NCBI GenBank assembly: GCA_028534125.1
Contig: CM052816.1
Coordinates: forward strand, 1,984,001-2,048,000
Direction of reading: 5' to 3'
Length of the DNA stretch: 64,000 bases
Source: Lama glama
Lineage: Eukaryota
This document shows, piece by piece, positions 12,461-24,310 of the stretch. The notes beneath the pieces were generated by a model that saw only the letters and a list, made by a program, of their open reading frames with translations, ran no database searches and was not told the origin of the DNA. Both the position numbers and the translations under genes were made by a program. Position 1 is the stretch's first letter. The number at the start of each line of letters is the position of its first letter.

Positions 12461-15109
12461 TTTGGTGGGTAGGTCGGGGTGTGGGAGGGGTGGTTCCTTG
12501 TTTTTGGAACTCCTGCTTTTATGGAAGAAGATTCTTAGAGGAGAAATAGACAAGAAGGCGTTTGCCTCTGCGGAACATTTACGGCTCAGGATCGTAGGCG
12601 ACAGAACAGCTCGCAGGGCTCCTGCTGTGAAGCAGCACAGCCCAGCCGGCGTGTCAGTGCAGGTGTATGTGTGAGATCGACCCAGTCTACCAGCCACTCT
12701 GGTTGATTACCCACCCAGAAATGGCTGGAACTATTTATATTCGAAGGTAAATCATTGTCAGTTTTTTTCCCCCCCTACAGCGTACAGGATTAAAGAACCA
12801 TAGAATTTTTGGAGGTAAACTAGCCTTCAGAGATCCAGGTCATCTGTGGATGTGCTCTTTGGCATGAGAAAAAACCATACACTTGTCCATTGCCACACAG
12901 TTGATGGCAGTGCTGGGAATACTGCTTGGATCTCCTGAATTCCAGTCTGATGATCTTTCTACTACACCTGCTCCCCTCAAAACAATTTCCAAACACCCGT
13001 GTCTATTATGTTGCATTCCCGAGTGCCGTTTCGTTAACATTTAAAGGCATTATATGTAAGCTTTGCTGAAAAGATGACACAGTCAAGAATTTCTGGGATA
13101 TTACATTTAAAACTATCAATCTGACATCAAAATTTTGGTGAGCTACTTAAAAGAGGGGAAACAAAGAGTAAAATAGGTAATAGTTGAGGTGCAGAATAAA
13201 TTGTAACATGTGGCAAGCCGCAGCCCATCAAGACATGGGAGTTGGAAACTGGGGGCTATAAAATGCCCTTACACCGTTTATTAGGAAAACGCTGCCTGTG
13301 TAGTCAAAGCCACAAATCGTGCAGACCCTGTGGTCACACTATTTATAGGGACAGATGGGAAGTGTTTGAAACCGGGGAGTCAAGTCTTGGCTGAGAGAAT
13401 TTTAAACTAGAGAGCCGCTTCCCTGCCAAGATAAGTCTTGCATTGCTCTGAGGGCAGAACGCCAGGGACCGATAGCTAGAAACATGATAAATCCCCATCT
13501 TCTCCCTCGTTGTTTAAGAGATCTTTTCCGAAGCCTTCCCTAAATTACCCTGAAACTCCTCCCTCTCCCTTAAAACGTGAGACAGACACCGTTGTTTTTA
13601 CATTTGTCAAAAGCAAGTGTTGTGCACTACTCGCCCAGCAGTGAGCTTGAAAGATGGGGACCTCTGTGTTGTGGTGTTGCTGACGGTGGAGGACTGGTTC
13701 CTAAAACGACATGTGTGTGAGCAAGTATGTTGACAAGGGAAGGAAGCCAATTAGCTGAGCTACTTTGCAGCATGAGAACAGACCAGTGTCGTTTATCTTA
13801 TGGGTTTTTGTCATTTCTTTCACATTTAAGGAGAAAAAAGCAAATAGTAGCTTGAAGAAATGATACCTAAGAAATGCATTCGTGCCTACAGTGGAAAGCA
13901 GCAACCAAAGGCCACTTGGTCATTTGGGAGGAATCGAAAAACCAACTTTTAAGAAATATTTTTATTTCAAAAGACAGAAGGCAGTATTAACTACTTAGCA
14001 CGCTTTTACTGAAATACGGAGCCAGCACGTACTTCTCAGGTCACAAAAGCAAACACAAATGAACTTTTTGCTTTGTCGAACGGCTGTGCACACATGGGAT
14101 CTTGCAGTTCTGGAACGTGTCCCTCATTCCACAAGTCCGCTGGTCTGCCCGAGAGCCTAGGGGATGGAGAAGATGAAAGGAAGGGGTGGGGAAGGGGCAT
14201 CAGGAGAGACTGGAGAGATGCTCAGGGACAAGGCCATGAGGTCATTCACCATTTAGGAAGCTCATGCTGCTGTTGTGTGGAACGTGGATTGGAAGGAGGG
14301 CAGGAGTGGATGCTAGAGACCTGATAAGAGGCCGTGGCAGTTCAGGTAAGAGGTGATGCCCCGGCAGTCAGACATTACCCATTACCCACTCTGCCGTGCT
14401 TGGCTAGGACCCGGAGTGCAGTCATCACTCGTGGTGCCCGGTGGGCATGATCTCCCCAAATAGCCCCAGTCCCGCAGGTGAGGAAACTGAGGTCCAGGTG
14501 GTTAAAATAGACCTCACAGACCACACAGCTAGGAAGTTCCAGGTCTTTGATTCTAACCTACTGCTAATTAGTTGCAAAGCCTGAGATTATGTCTTATTTT
14601 TATTTGTCTGTCTGTACAATGTTCACATCAATTTCTCCCCACACTCAGCGAGTCTCTCTCTGCAACTGCCTCCTCACCAGTATTCATTTTCTGTTCCTTT
14701 TAAGACGAGGAGTATTATATTTCAGAGCAATTTTTTTTTTCCATAGCCAACTGCTTCTATTCCAAATGAAGGGTAGCCACAGCTGGTGGGTTAGTTGGGT
14801 TCAATGCCAGAACCCAACCTGGATAAAAATCTTCTGTGTGGGATGATATTAAATGTGTGCCTTTGAGGAGTTCTTCAGACATCTGGGGAATTTAAACTAG
14901 TACGTTATAACAGGTTTCCTTGACTAGCAAGATAATTTTGTAGTGAGAACAGCAGGACTTTATCTCAAACTGTAAGCAGCAGTGCAAAGAAGTTTAGTAG
15001 ATGAAACTTAGAAATTCTCAAGCCTCTATGTGCAAGTTTACACATTTGCTTTGCTCTTTTTTCATTTTTTTAAGAAGGCATAAAAATTCCTTATTTGACC
15101 TTCTTGTGG

Positions 15110-15640
15110 TCACTGTTACTTTGGTACAATTTTAAACTTACAGGAAAGTTGCTAGCATAGTACAAAGCACCTCTGTGTCCCCTTCACCCAGATTCCCCAG
15201 CAGTTAATGTTGCCACATTTGCTTACTGTTTTCTCTCTCAACACATACACACGTTATTATTATTATTTGAACCACTGAAAAATAAGGTGCAGGCGTAATG
15301 CTGCCTTACTCTAATATTTTGGAGTATATTTATTGAAACAAGGACATTTTCTTACATAATTGTAGTAAAATGATCAAGACAGAGTGAAACACTGATACAG
15401 TATCATTATTTAATCCTCACTGACTAATTCATACGGTTATTCAAGTTTCATGAATTATCCCAATACCGTCCTATTTTATAGCTGTTTCCACGGCCTTCCC
15501 CCACATCCCACACAGAATGAAACACAGGCTTTAACACTGCATTGCACATCCATTCGACAAAGCTCTTCAGTCTCCTTAATCTGGAACAGTTCCTCACAGT
15601 TTTTTGACTTCCATGGCGATTGTATATTTGAAGAGAAATA
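15110..15640 (-). mobile_element. Old LINE-1 (L1M-type) 3' fragment
   Basis: aattttaaacttacaggaaagttgc...cccttcacccagattcccc...aacaaggacattttcttacataa is typical of an antisense L1MC/MD 3' end. Bounds approximate. Confidence 0.6.
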
Positions 15641-16241
15641 AATTACAATAGGAATAGATCATAGATTAGGTACACATTATAATGTATAATCTCTACATAA
15701 ATTTACACTCTCCAGTCTATGTAATGTATATATAATACCATATAATGTGTACATGAATATACCCATGAATGCTTACATAATCTATGATCTATTGGGAAGA
15801 GATCTTTGAATGAGAGGGGGCAGCAAGAGCAAAGACCCAGAGGCAAGGCAAGACATGGCTGGTTGGTTGGGAACCAAGAGAAATTTAATGTGTGTGTTCT
15901 GTTCCGTATGGTAGCCGTATTGGATATCCACGTGTGTAATCTACTGTATAGATTGTAGGTGATGTAAGAACTCATGAGTCCATTCTAACAAATAAAGACT
16001 AACATAAATAAATAAGAGAGTAGAGAAATCTCTTCTTTCAATAAAATAATAACTAAAACAAATGTAGAAAGAAATGCCAAAAGTGGGGAATTAACCATTT
16101 TGCAACCATTATAGTAATAACTGGTTCAGGCAAGGATCATCAGTGGATACTAAAACTAGTGGATGAAAATTTGAAAAGGCAAAATATACTTATATAGTCT
16201 CAAAATATTGCCCCATAAATCATTTATTAATTAATTAGAAA

Positions 16242-16369
16242 GGGGAAGGGGGCTTGTGGTAGAGTGTTCGCCTACCACGCACAGAGTCCTGGGTTCAATT
16301 CCCAGTACCTCCATTAAAAGGTAAGTAAATAAATAAAACCTAATTACCTCCCAAAACCCTCCAAAAAAA
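16242..16369 (+). mobile_element. tRNA-Ala-derived SINE (Vic-1-like), degenerate 5' end
   Basis: gtggtagag...gtcctgggttcaattcccagtacctcca (B-box), then the family tail acctaattacctccc and an A-rich end. Confidence 0.85.
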
Positions 16370-17506
16370 TTAGAGAAGGAAAGACAGTAACTTTACAATG
16401 GGTAAACTTGGTGGATACAGCCTGAACCAAATGATCCAAGTTTACACTACCAAAGTGTAGACAAACCATTACCATTACCATGTGCCTCTCGGTCTGGTTA
16501 ATTAAGGAAGATGCAACTTCACTTATGTGATACTCCTATGAAAAATAGGAAAGCGGACAAGCCCCAAGTGAGGAATATTCTACAAAATGATGCTTGCTTT
16601 TAACGACAAGCTTGCTCGCGAAGGGTTGCATCAGAAGTTGCATTATCAAAGATGACCACTAGATGTCAGTGTGGTTTTACAGATTGCACAAGTTTTATCC
16701 GCGTTGGTTAAGACTGTAACTTCCTTTGGGGCCTGCCTCTTTGACACCGTAGCCAATTCCAACAGGTACGGCATTTGAGGTGCCTACAAGTTAAGTAACG
16801 GTCTAGCGCTGGAGGAGGCTGTAGCGAGCTGAGATTAAAGCTTGTCTCTGTCTCTTGGGCAATTTCTGCCCTGTCTCTGGGCCTCCTGTGAAACCAAGAG
16901 GATTTGAATTGCCGGCTCCTAGTCTCAAGCTCTCACAGTCTATGATTTAAGCTGAGTTTTTTCTTAACTAGAATCACTTGAGTGCCTTTTACAAGATTTT
17001 TGCCCAACCCACATTGGACACAGTATTGGTTTTCTTTGTGTGTTTTTTCACCCAGGACTCTTTTATTTGTTTGTTTTTAAGTTGATTCTGTTTTTTCTAA
17101 ATGTAAATAAGAAAAAAAAATTTATAGTCCGATCACAAATGGAAACCAGTCCACTTTCCATAAATAGCAAGTAACCACAAAAATAAATACAATAAAAACA
17201 ACATAATGTAATTAAATTTGAACTAAATGCTTTTGTCTGCCAAGGGCTCAGAGCCTGTGGCCTGCTCTGTTTTCCCTCTTCAAAGGGAGGTTTGGAGGTG
17301 TTAAAGAGAAGCTGAAGACAGGCTAGCCCTTTGACATTCCTCTTGATGTAAGAAAAAGAACTGAGAATGAGAAGAGACTTTCGTCTCTGTGCAGTTAGTT
17401 CAGTATTATTTAATTCTGTATCTGCAAAACCAACCACAGTGCTTCATGTACCATCTAAAACCAGTCCTATGCTTTCATAAGCTGTTTCAAGTTACAGTAT
17501 TTGCTT

Positions 17507-17655
17507 TCCTCCATTCTTTCTCTTTTTGTCTTTTTTCTTCCCTTCCTTCCCTCCCTCCCTTCCTCCCTCACCTTCCTTCCTTTCTTTTTCTGCCTTCCTT
17601 CTTGCCTCTTCCTTCCTTCCTTTTCTTTCTCTTTCTTTCTTTCTCTTTCATTCTT
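17507..17655. repeat. CT-rich low-complexity (CCTT/CTTT) tract
   Basis: Nearly pure pyrimidine run read directly. Confidence 0.9.
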
Positions 17656-17788
17656 TTTTTTTTTTTACTTTTTTTTATTGAGTTATAGTCATTTTACAAT
17701 GTTGGGTCAAATTCCAGTGTAGAGCACAATTTTTCAGTTATACGTGAACATACATATATTCATGGTCACATTTGTTTTCCTCTGTGAG
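17656..17788 (-). mobile_element. Heavily 5'-truncated young LINE-1 3' end with target-site duplication
   Basis: Poly-T then ttttattgagttatagtcattttacaatgttg... Exact 14-bp TSD TCTCTTTCATTCTT at 17642-17655 and 17789-17802. Confidence 0.85.
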
Positions 17789-18989
17789 TCTCTTTCATTC
17801 TTGATTCTTCAGTATTTCTGATAGATCAGAAAGAGCGTCCCTAGAAATCATACATTATTGTTTTCTTCAGTCTGTATTTAAACTTTCATTTTATTTTGAC
17901 AGTCCTTTCAGTTCAGTATGGGTTTTGCTTCCCTTTCGTGTTGATCTAAATTTGCTTTAATAGTCAGTCTTCTTCCGTTTAAAACACTCGCTCCTTTTTT
18001 AACAGAGGAGATGATCTATACCTGTCTGCTGTCAATGTCAGAGCAATTATATGCCACCAAATGACTTGTGATTTGGCATCTTCTCCTGATAAAGGCTTAT
18101 GATAGATAGGATGTGGCAGAGGTCAGGAATTCTGCTGAGTACAACCTGAGGGTATGCTTCAAATTGCTTGAGCTTTATCCAAATCCCCCAGGACACAATC
18201 AGAAAACTGGTCCCCTTCAATTTTGGTGCAAAGGCTTTTTCCTTATTCTTCACAGAGAGTCCGAGCGAAGACGTCTGAGGCTGGGCTACCTAATTGCACT
18301 CTTTACTCCCTCACATTTGTGTAGCTCATTCCTGCTTTGTATAGTCTGTTATAATTACTCATTTGCTGGCCACAATTAGCATAGGGGGTTTTGCAGGAGC
18401 AGAGACAATTTCTTAGCTACCCAGTGTTACTAAATAATTTAAAAAGGGGAAGACAAAGCATTTCTATCAGATGTGTTTTGTTTTCCTAATGCCTGTGTCG
18501 CTGTTAAGGAAAATCATTACAAAGTAAAGAAATCAGGAAATTCTTGAAGATCAATATACTAATTATTTCCCACATTATAAAAGTTATTTTTTCCTAATTT
18601 TCTTTACTTGGTGAGATGAATTTAATCTGCCATTAGAAGCCCAAAAGCTAAGAGGTCAGTTTCTGCGTTCAACAAAACAGTGTTTTTTCTCTAGCACAAA
18701 ATACTGTTCCTATCTGGAAAAAAAACCAAAAAAACAAAAACAAAAAAACTATCTGGAGAGAGACCTTTTCAGAAGAAATGTTCATAAAAAGGTTGATTTT
18801 GTATCAATAGAGACTTTTGTTTCTATACCAAATTCTGTAAAACTACATCCTTATCACCTACCTAGCCCAATTCAGGGTCAAAATCCTGTTTTATTTCTTT
18901 TCTCAGTGTTCATTGCTGTAACTATGCTGAGATTCAAAACCAGGGTGAGCAGATATTAAAGATTTCACAAGATACACTAAATATACAAA

Positions 18990-19322
18990 TGAAACCATAT
19001 GATATCACTTACATGTGGAATCTTTAAAAAAAAAAAAGGACATAATTGAACTTATTTACCAGAGACAGACTCACAATCATAGAAAACAAATGTATGGTTA
19101 CCAAGGGGATTTGCAGTTTCTAACTACTATATATAAAATAGATAAACAACAAGGTCCTACTGTATAGCACAGGGAGCTATGTTCAATACCCTGTAATGGC
19201 TATAATAAAAAAGAATATGAAAAGGAGCGTGTGTGTGTATACATATATGTAAAAATGAATCACTATGCTGTACACTAGAAATTAACACACATTGTAAATC
19301 GACTGTATTTCAATTAAAAAAA
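18990..19322 (+). mobile_element. LINE-1 3' UTR fragment (artiodactyl type)
   Basis: catatgatatcacttacatgtggaatct...gataaacaacaaggtcctactgtatagcacaggga...gaatcactatgctgtacac...tcaattaaaaa. Confidence 0.85.
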
Positions 19323-20625
19323 TCCCCCAAAAGAAAATAGGAAATCAAACATGAGCATGATTATTTTCTGGTGAGAGACATACTTGAGAGCCGCCGAAGG
19401 ATCCTCCAGGCTTCCCCTGACATGTTTGTGACTGGTGCTGGTGAACTTTTATGATTCCGTTACCCTCTTGATGTTTACAGTTTCCTGCCCTTCCCCCACC
19501 CCGCCTCCCGCAACATTTGTGCAACTGTTGCATTCTATGTTGACGTGGGTCTTAATGGATGACGGTATTCTGGCAGAATCTCCTTCCCGGGTTTGCTGAA
19601 AATCACACGGAAGTGTACGTTGAGCCCAGTTCTGGAACTATGCCCCCCCTATATGTCCCCAGGGCTGCAAATCATGCTTTATTTCATTGTTTTAACATGT
19701 CTAGGGCCGGCGTGTCTCTTTGAGATCCTGAGCTAAGTCTTGTCTTCCCAGCACATCTATGACTATCGATTTCTATGAGAGAAGCCTAATTATGTTTGTG
19801 CTTATCTTAGGACCACGGCTTCCAAAGAGGCTTTAAAGATCCTTTCATCCCATCTGGTGGCCGGGTCCTCAGCGTGTCAGCTTTCTGTGGTGCAAGCAGC
19901 AGAAACCAACTCTGGGCAAGTGACACCAAAAAGGGTGTTTATTGTATTCATAAAGGGCGGCTCATGGATAAATAAAACCAGCCAAAGACCCAGGCTAGGA
20001 AGGGTCAGAAACCGTATGGGCCCCGGGGAGGCACTAACCAGCGGTGTCTTTGGGAGTTATCCAGTGGTGACTCCTTTATCTGAGGGAACTTTAAACTGCC
20101 CCCAGTCCCAATTTTCAGTCTGGGCACTTGAGATTTTTTGCGCGTATTCAGAATGCTATGTGAAATAGTTTAAAGCTGTTCCCCCCTAGTCCTTCCCTCG
20201 GAGGGATTGCCACCCCCATCCCTTCTACACAAAAATGGTAAACCTGCCACTGAAGTAACCGCGGCGGGGAATCAGCCTTGCATTGCCTCCCGGACTCCAC
20301 CGGGACCACTGCAGAGAAGGGGGTCCTGGCGGGGACAGTCCACGAGGCTCGTCTTCAGTCATGATGTGACGCCGTGTCCAGAGTTATTATTAAGTCAAGG
20401 TTGTCATGATAGGGAAGAGATCACTCTCCTCTAGGAAAACGAGAGGCTGTTCTGCTAGGAAGGAGGGATGGCCAAGACGTGTGCTCACTAACCTCGCAGG
20501 AGAGGGACCCTCGCTGCCAGTGCCGCGAGCTGTAGCTCTTGACGGGGTGCTTGTCAGTTAGCACAGGGCCATCAGGTCTGTTTTCCAAAGCGTGAGACAT
20601 CTAGATTTTTGAAAATCTTGAACCA

Positions 20626-21095
20626 TTTTTAAAAGCTTTATCAAAGTGTAACTTACATGTGATAAAGTGTACATCTTTAAAGTGTAGCATCTGCTAAGTT
20701 TAAACATGCGTATGCACCTGTGAAATGGCATCCCAGTCATGATGGTGACCCTGTCACTGTCCATTTGCCTCATGTATTTTTATAATCTCTCTCCCTGCCC
20801 CCCACAGCCCTCCAAATAACCACTGACGGACTTGCCCTCACAATAGATACCTTTGCATTTTTTAGAATTTATATGATTGGAATCCTAAAATATTGACTCT
20901 TCTTTTTTTTTTCTGGGTTTTTTTTTCTGTTTGATAATTACTTTGAGATCCATAATGATATAGGAATCTCTTTTTTTCTGATTAATAGTCTTATCTTTAC
21001 ATATACTGCGGTTAGTTGTCCCTTCATCTGTTTATGAACATTCGAGTTATTTCCCATTTTTGACTATTGAAAACAAAGGTATGAATATTTGTGTC
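20626..21095 (-). mobile_element. Old LINE-1 (L1M-type) 3' fragment
   Basis: ttttaaaagctttatcaaagtgtaacttaca...ttgcatttttagaatttatatg...ttgagatccat...ttcatctgtttatgaacatt...tttcccattttttgactatt. Diverged antisense L1 3' sequence. Confidence 0.7.
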
Positions 21096-22039
21096 CAATT
21101 CTTAATATGGGGGAAAGGGAACTTTTTCCTTCTGCCTCAAAGGAAATCTTTATTAATCACGCATGCTTCACACATGTTCTCTTAAAATCTCAGCTTTTTA
21201 GAGAAACACAATCCTTACGAGTGGCTTCAGCTTTGCATCAGGAGTCTTGTTTTAAAAGCAAAGGTGGTACAACTTGTTGACACTACAGTGTTTTCTAAAT
21301 AAACTCTTTTAAAAAAATTCTGGTCTTTCTTAAATGTTACAGCAAGACAGATGCAGAGCAGACAACAAATTATAGTTTATATTTACAAAAGAGCTGTAAG
21401 TGCAAACAGTTAAAGGTTCTAAGTGTATTTTATTCACTCAGTTCAGTATGAAATTGGTTTCCTAGTACGTGATTGTGAAAAAGACTCTTAAAAACCATTC
21501 TAAGGTTTAGCCTGAGTCTTTCTTTCTGCAAGGGACCCTGGTGGCATCAGTTCACAAACAGCACACCATCTACATCCGCTCCTAAAGGTGGGGCGCCCTT
21601 TCCTCCTTTTGACTCCTCTGTTGGCTCTAATCCTGTGAACATTTATGCTGTATAGTAAAAGGCAAAGGACCATCTCACTGAAATAGATGAGGTACTGGAG
21701 CTAATATTCCTGAAGTTAATGTGCTTTCCAAGAGTTACTCCAAAAACAGAAGGGCAGCAGAATGACTTCCCACGTCTCATGGTTAAAATGATGGCTATTA
21801 AAGATGACTTCCCCTGCTGCAGACTCACCTCAGAGTACAACCCGCCCCCTTTGAGTTTGCTGGCTGCAGATCCTGCCCTTCCTTGAGCAGAAGCCAGCCT
21901 CCATTGGCGTTCACCTGCTGACCCTCGCTCCACTTCCTTGAGTGCATCCAAAGCAGCGCCTTCAGATGCTTGGGGTCAGCGTGCGAGCCCCTCCCCGCTC
22001 ACTTTCTGAGCTCTGAGCCTGTGAGTTTCTCTCCCTGAA

Positions 22040-22365
22040 AGGCACTTGCTCCAGGTCTTTACATGAGACGCCTTCTCACTCTCCAGGTCCCAAATGTCAT
22101 CTCCTCAGAGAGACCTGCTCTGACACATCTGGCTCAAGGCCCTCATCCCCAAAGCCTCATTTTACTGCACATAACCTGCTTTTGGTACTCTTTATTGTCA
22201 TCGGAAATTACCTTTTTCAGGGGCTTGCTTTCCACTGTCTATCTCCCCACAGAGCTGTAAGCTCCGTGAGAATAGAGAACTTCTCTTCCTGTTACTGTAT
22301 GCCTGCTGTGTAGAACTGTGCCTTTCGCGACTGAAGTTGCTCAACAAATATTTATTGAATAAACT
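22040..22365 (+). mobile_element. LINE-2 3' fragment
   Basis: aaatgtcatctcctcagagagacct...tgtaagctccgtgag...gctcaacaaatatttattgaataaa is an L2 3' terminus. Confidence 0.7.
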
Positions 22366-22392
22366 GACAAATTAATAGTATGATTCATACAA

Positions 22393-23158
22393 TTTTTTAA
22401 TGAAGTACAGTCAGTTACAATGTGTCAGTTTCTGGTGTAGAGCACAGTGTCCCAGCCATGCATGTACATACATATATTTGTTTTCATATCTTTTTCATCA
22501 AAGGTTATTATAAGATATTGAACATTGTTTCCTGTGCTACACAGAAGAAACTTTTTAAAATCTATTTTTATATATAGTGGCTAACATTTGTAAATCTCAG
22601 ACTCCCATATTTATCCTTTCCCACCCTCTTTCCCCAGTAACCATAAGATTGTTTACTAAGTCTGTGAGTCTGTTTCTGTTTTGTAGATGAGTTCATACTG
22701 TCCTTTTTTTTCTTTTTTCTTTTTTTAGATTCCACATATGAGTGATATCATATGGTGTTTTTCTTTCCCTTTCTGGCTTACTTTACTTAGAATGACGATC
22801 TCTAGGTCCATCCATGTTGCTACAAATGGCATTGTTTTATTCTTTTTTATGGCCGAGTAGTATTCCATTGTATAAATATACCACCACTTCTTTATTCAGA
22901 CATCTGTCAATGGACATTTAGGTTGGTTCCACGTCTTGGCTATTGTATATAGTGCTGTTATGAACATTGGGGTGCATGTATTTTTTTGAATTAGAGTTCC
23001 CTCCGGATATATGCCCAGGAGTGGGATTGCTGGATCATATGGTAAGTCTATTTTTAGTCTTTTGAGGAGTCTCCATACTGTTTTCCACAATGCCTGCACC
23101 AAACTACACTCCCACCAACAGTGTAGGAGGGTTCCCTTTTCTCCACACCCTCTCCAGC
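22393..23158 (-). mobile_element. Young 5'-truncated LINE-1 (ORF2 C-terminus plus 3' UTR)
   Basis: Minus-strand translation [51 protein letters not shown]...CTPMFITALYTIAKTWNQPKCP is the L1 ORF2p cysteine-rich C-terminus. Confidence 0.95.
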
Positions 23159-23160
23159 TC

Positions 23161-23450
23161 TTCTGTAGGGTATCTACCTCAGAGTGGAATTTCTGGATTA
23201 TAGGGTAAAACATTTTGTAGATAATGCCAGACTGCTTTCCAAGGTGGCTGCAGTTAACTAGCAGTATATGAGAGCTCCTGTATGTAGCAGGCAAAACTTA
23301 GTATTGTCAGACTTTTAAACTTTTGTTTATTTGAAGAGTATAACGTTTCTTATTTTGATTTGATTTTGTATTTGCCAGAATCTTAATAAAGGTGAGTATT
23401 TCCTTGTCTGTGTATTGGTCATCTGGATGTCTTCTGTGTGTGTGTGTGAA
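23161..23450 (-). mobile_element. Old LINE-1 fragment abutting the young L1
   Basis: gggtatctacctcagagtggaatttctggattataggg...gccagactgctttccaaggtggctg...gtattgtcagactttt is a diverged copy of the same L1 segment. Confidence 0.65.
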
Positions 23451-23925
23451 ACGCCTTGTTAGTTTATAAATAACAATGGTAACATTCCACTGAGCATTTG
23501 CTCTGTGCCAGGCACGGTTCTAAGGGCTCCATACAGATTCATTGTATCATCACCACAGCCCTGGCATGTATGTGCTATTATTATCTGTATCAAATATTAT
23601 TTTCTCTGACATATGATGATAACATGATCTTTCTCTTTTAATCAACTAATGAGGTAAATTATATGATTTCATTTTCATTATGTTACATCAAACTCAAAAT
23701 CTTTCTATGTGTTGTGAATTCAATTTGTTAACATTTTAAAAAAAATTTAGAAGCCTATGTTCAGGAATAAGGTTAGCCTATAATATCCCTTTGTCATATT
23801 CTTCTCATTAGGTTTTGGTATCAATATTATTTTCAGGGTTGAGTATTCGTAATTATTCAATTCACTTCTACTAGTTTGAAAGCAACACACTCCATCCGGT
23901 TCTACAATTTTTGTTGTTACATTAT

Positions 23926-24310
23926 TGATGGGTTGAATTGGGTCCTCCCTAAGGGATTTATTGAAGTCCTAACCCCTGGTACTTGTGAACGTGACCTAAT
24001 TTGGAAATAGGATATTGAAGATGTCATCAAATCAAGACGCGGTTATTAGGGTGGACCCCGATCCAATATGACTGGGTTATAAAAAGAGACAACAAAGTTA
24101 CGCAGGAGAGAGATGGCTCCGTGACGACAGAGGCAGAGAGGTGAGTTTTGCTGCCCCGAGCCTGGGGCTACAGAAGGAGAAGTTGTTCCCTGGAGCCTTC
24201 AAAGAGAGCGTGGCCCTGCCAGCGCCTTGTTTTGGATTTCTAGCCTTCAGAACAGTGAAGCAATAAATCTCTGTTGTTTTAAGCCACCCGGTTTGTGGTA
24301 GTTGGTTCCA
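23926..24310 (+). mobile_element. MLT1-type MaLR solo LTR
   Basis: tgatgggttgaattg...tgaagtcctaacccctggtacttgtgaacgtgacctaatttggaaatagg...aataaatctctgttgttttaagccacccggtttgtggta. Confidence 0.85.

Noticed and set aside
22896..23294. 132-aa minus-strand ORF as a host gene
   Set aside because: It is a LINE-1 ORF2 C-terminal remnant.
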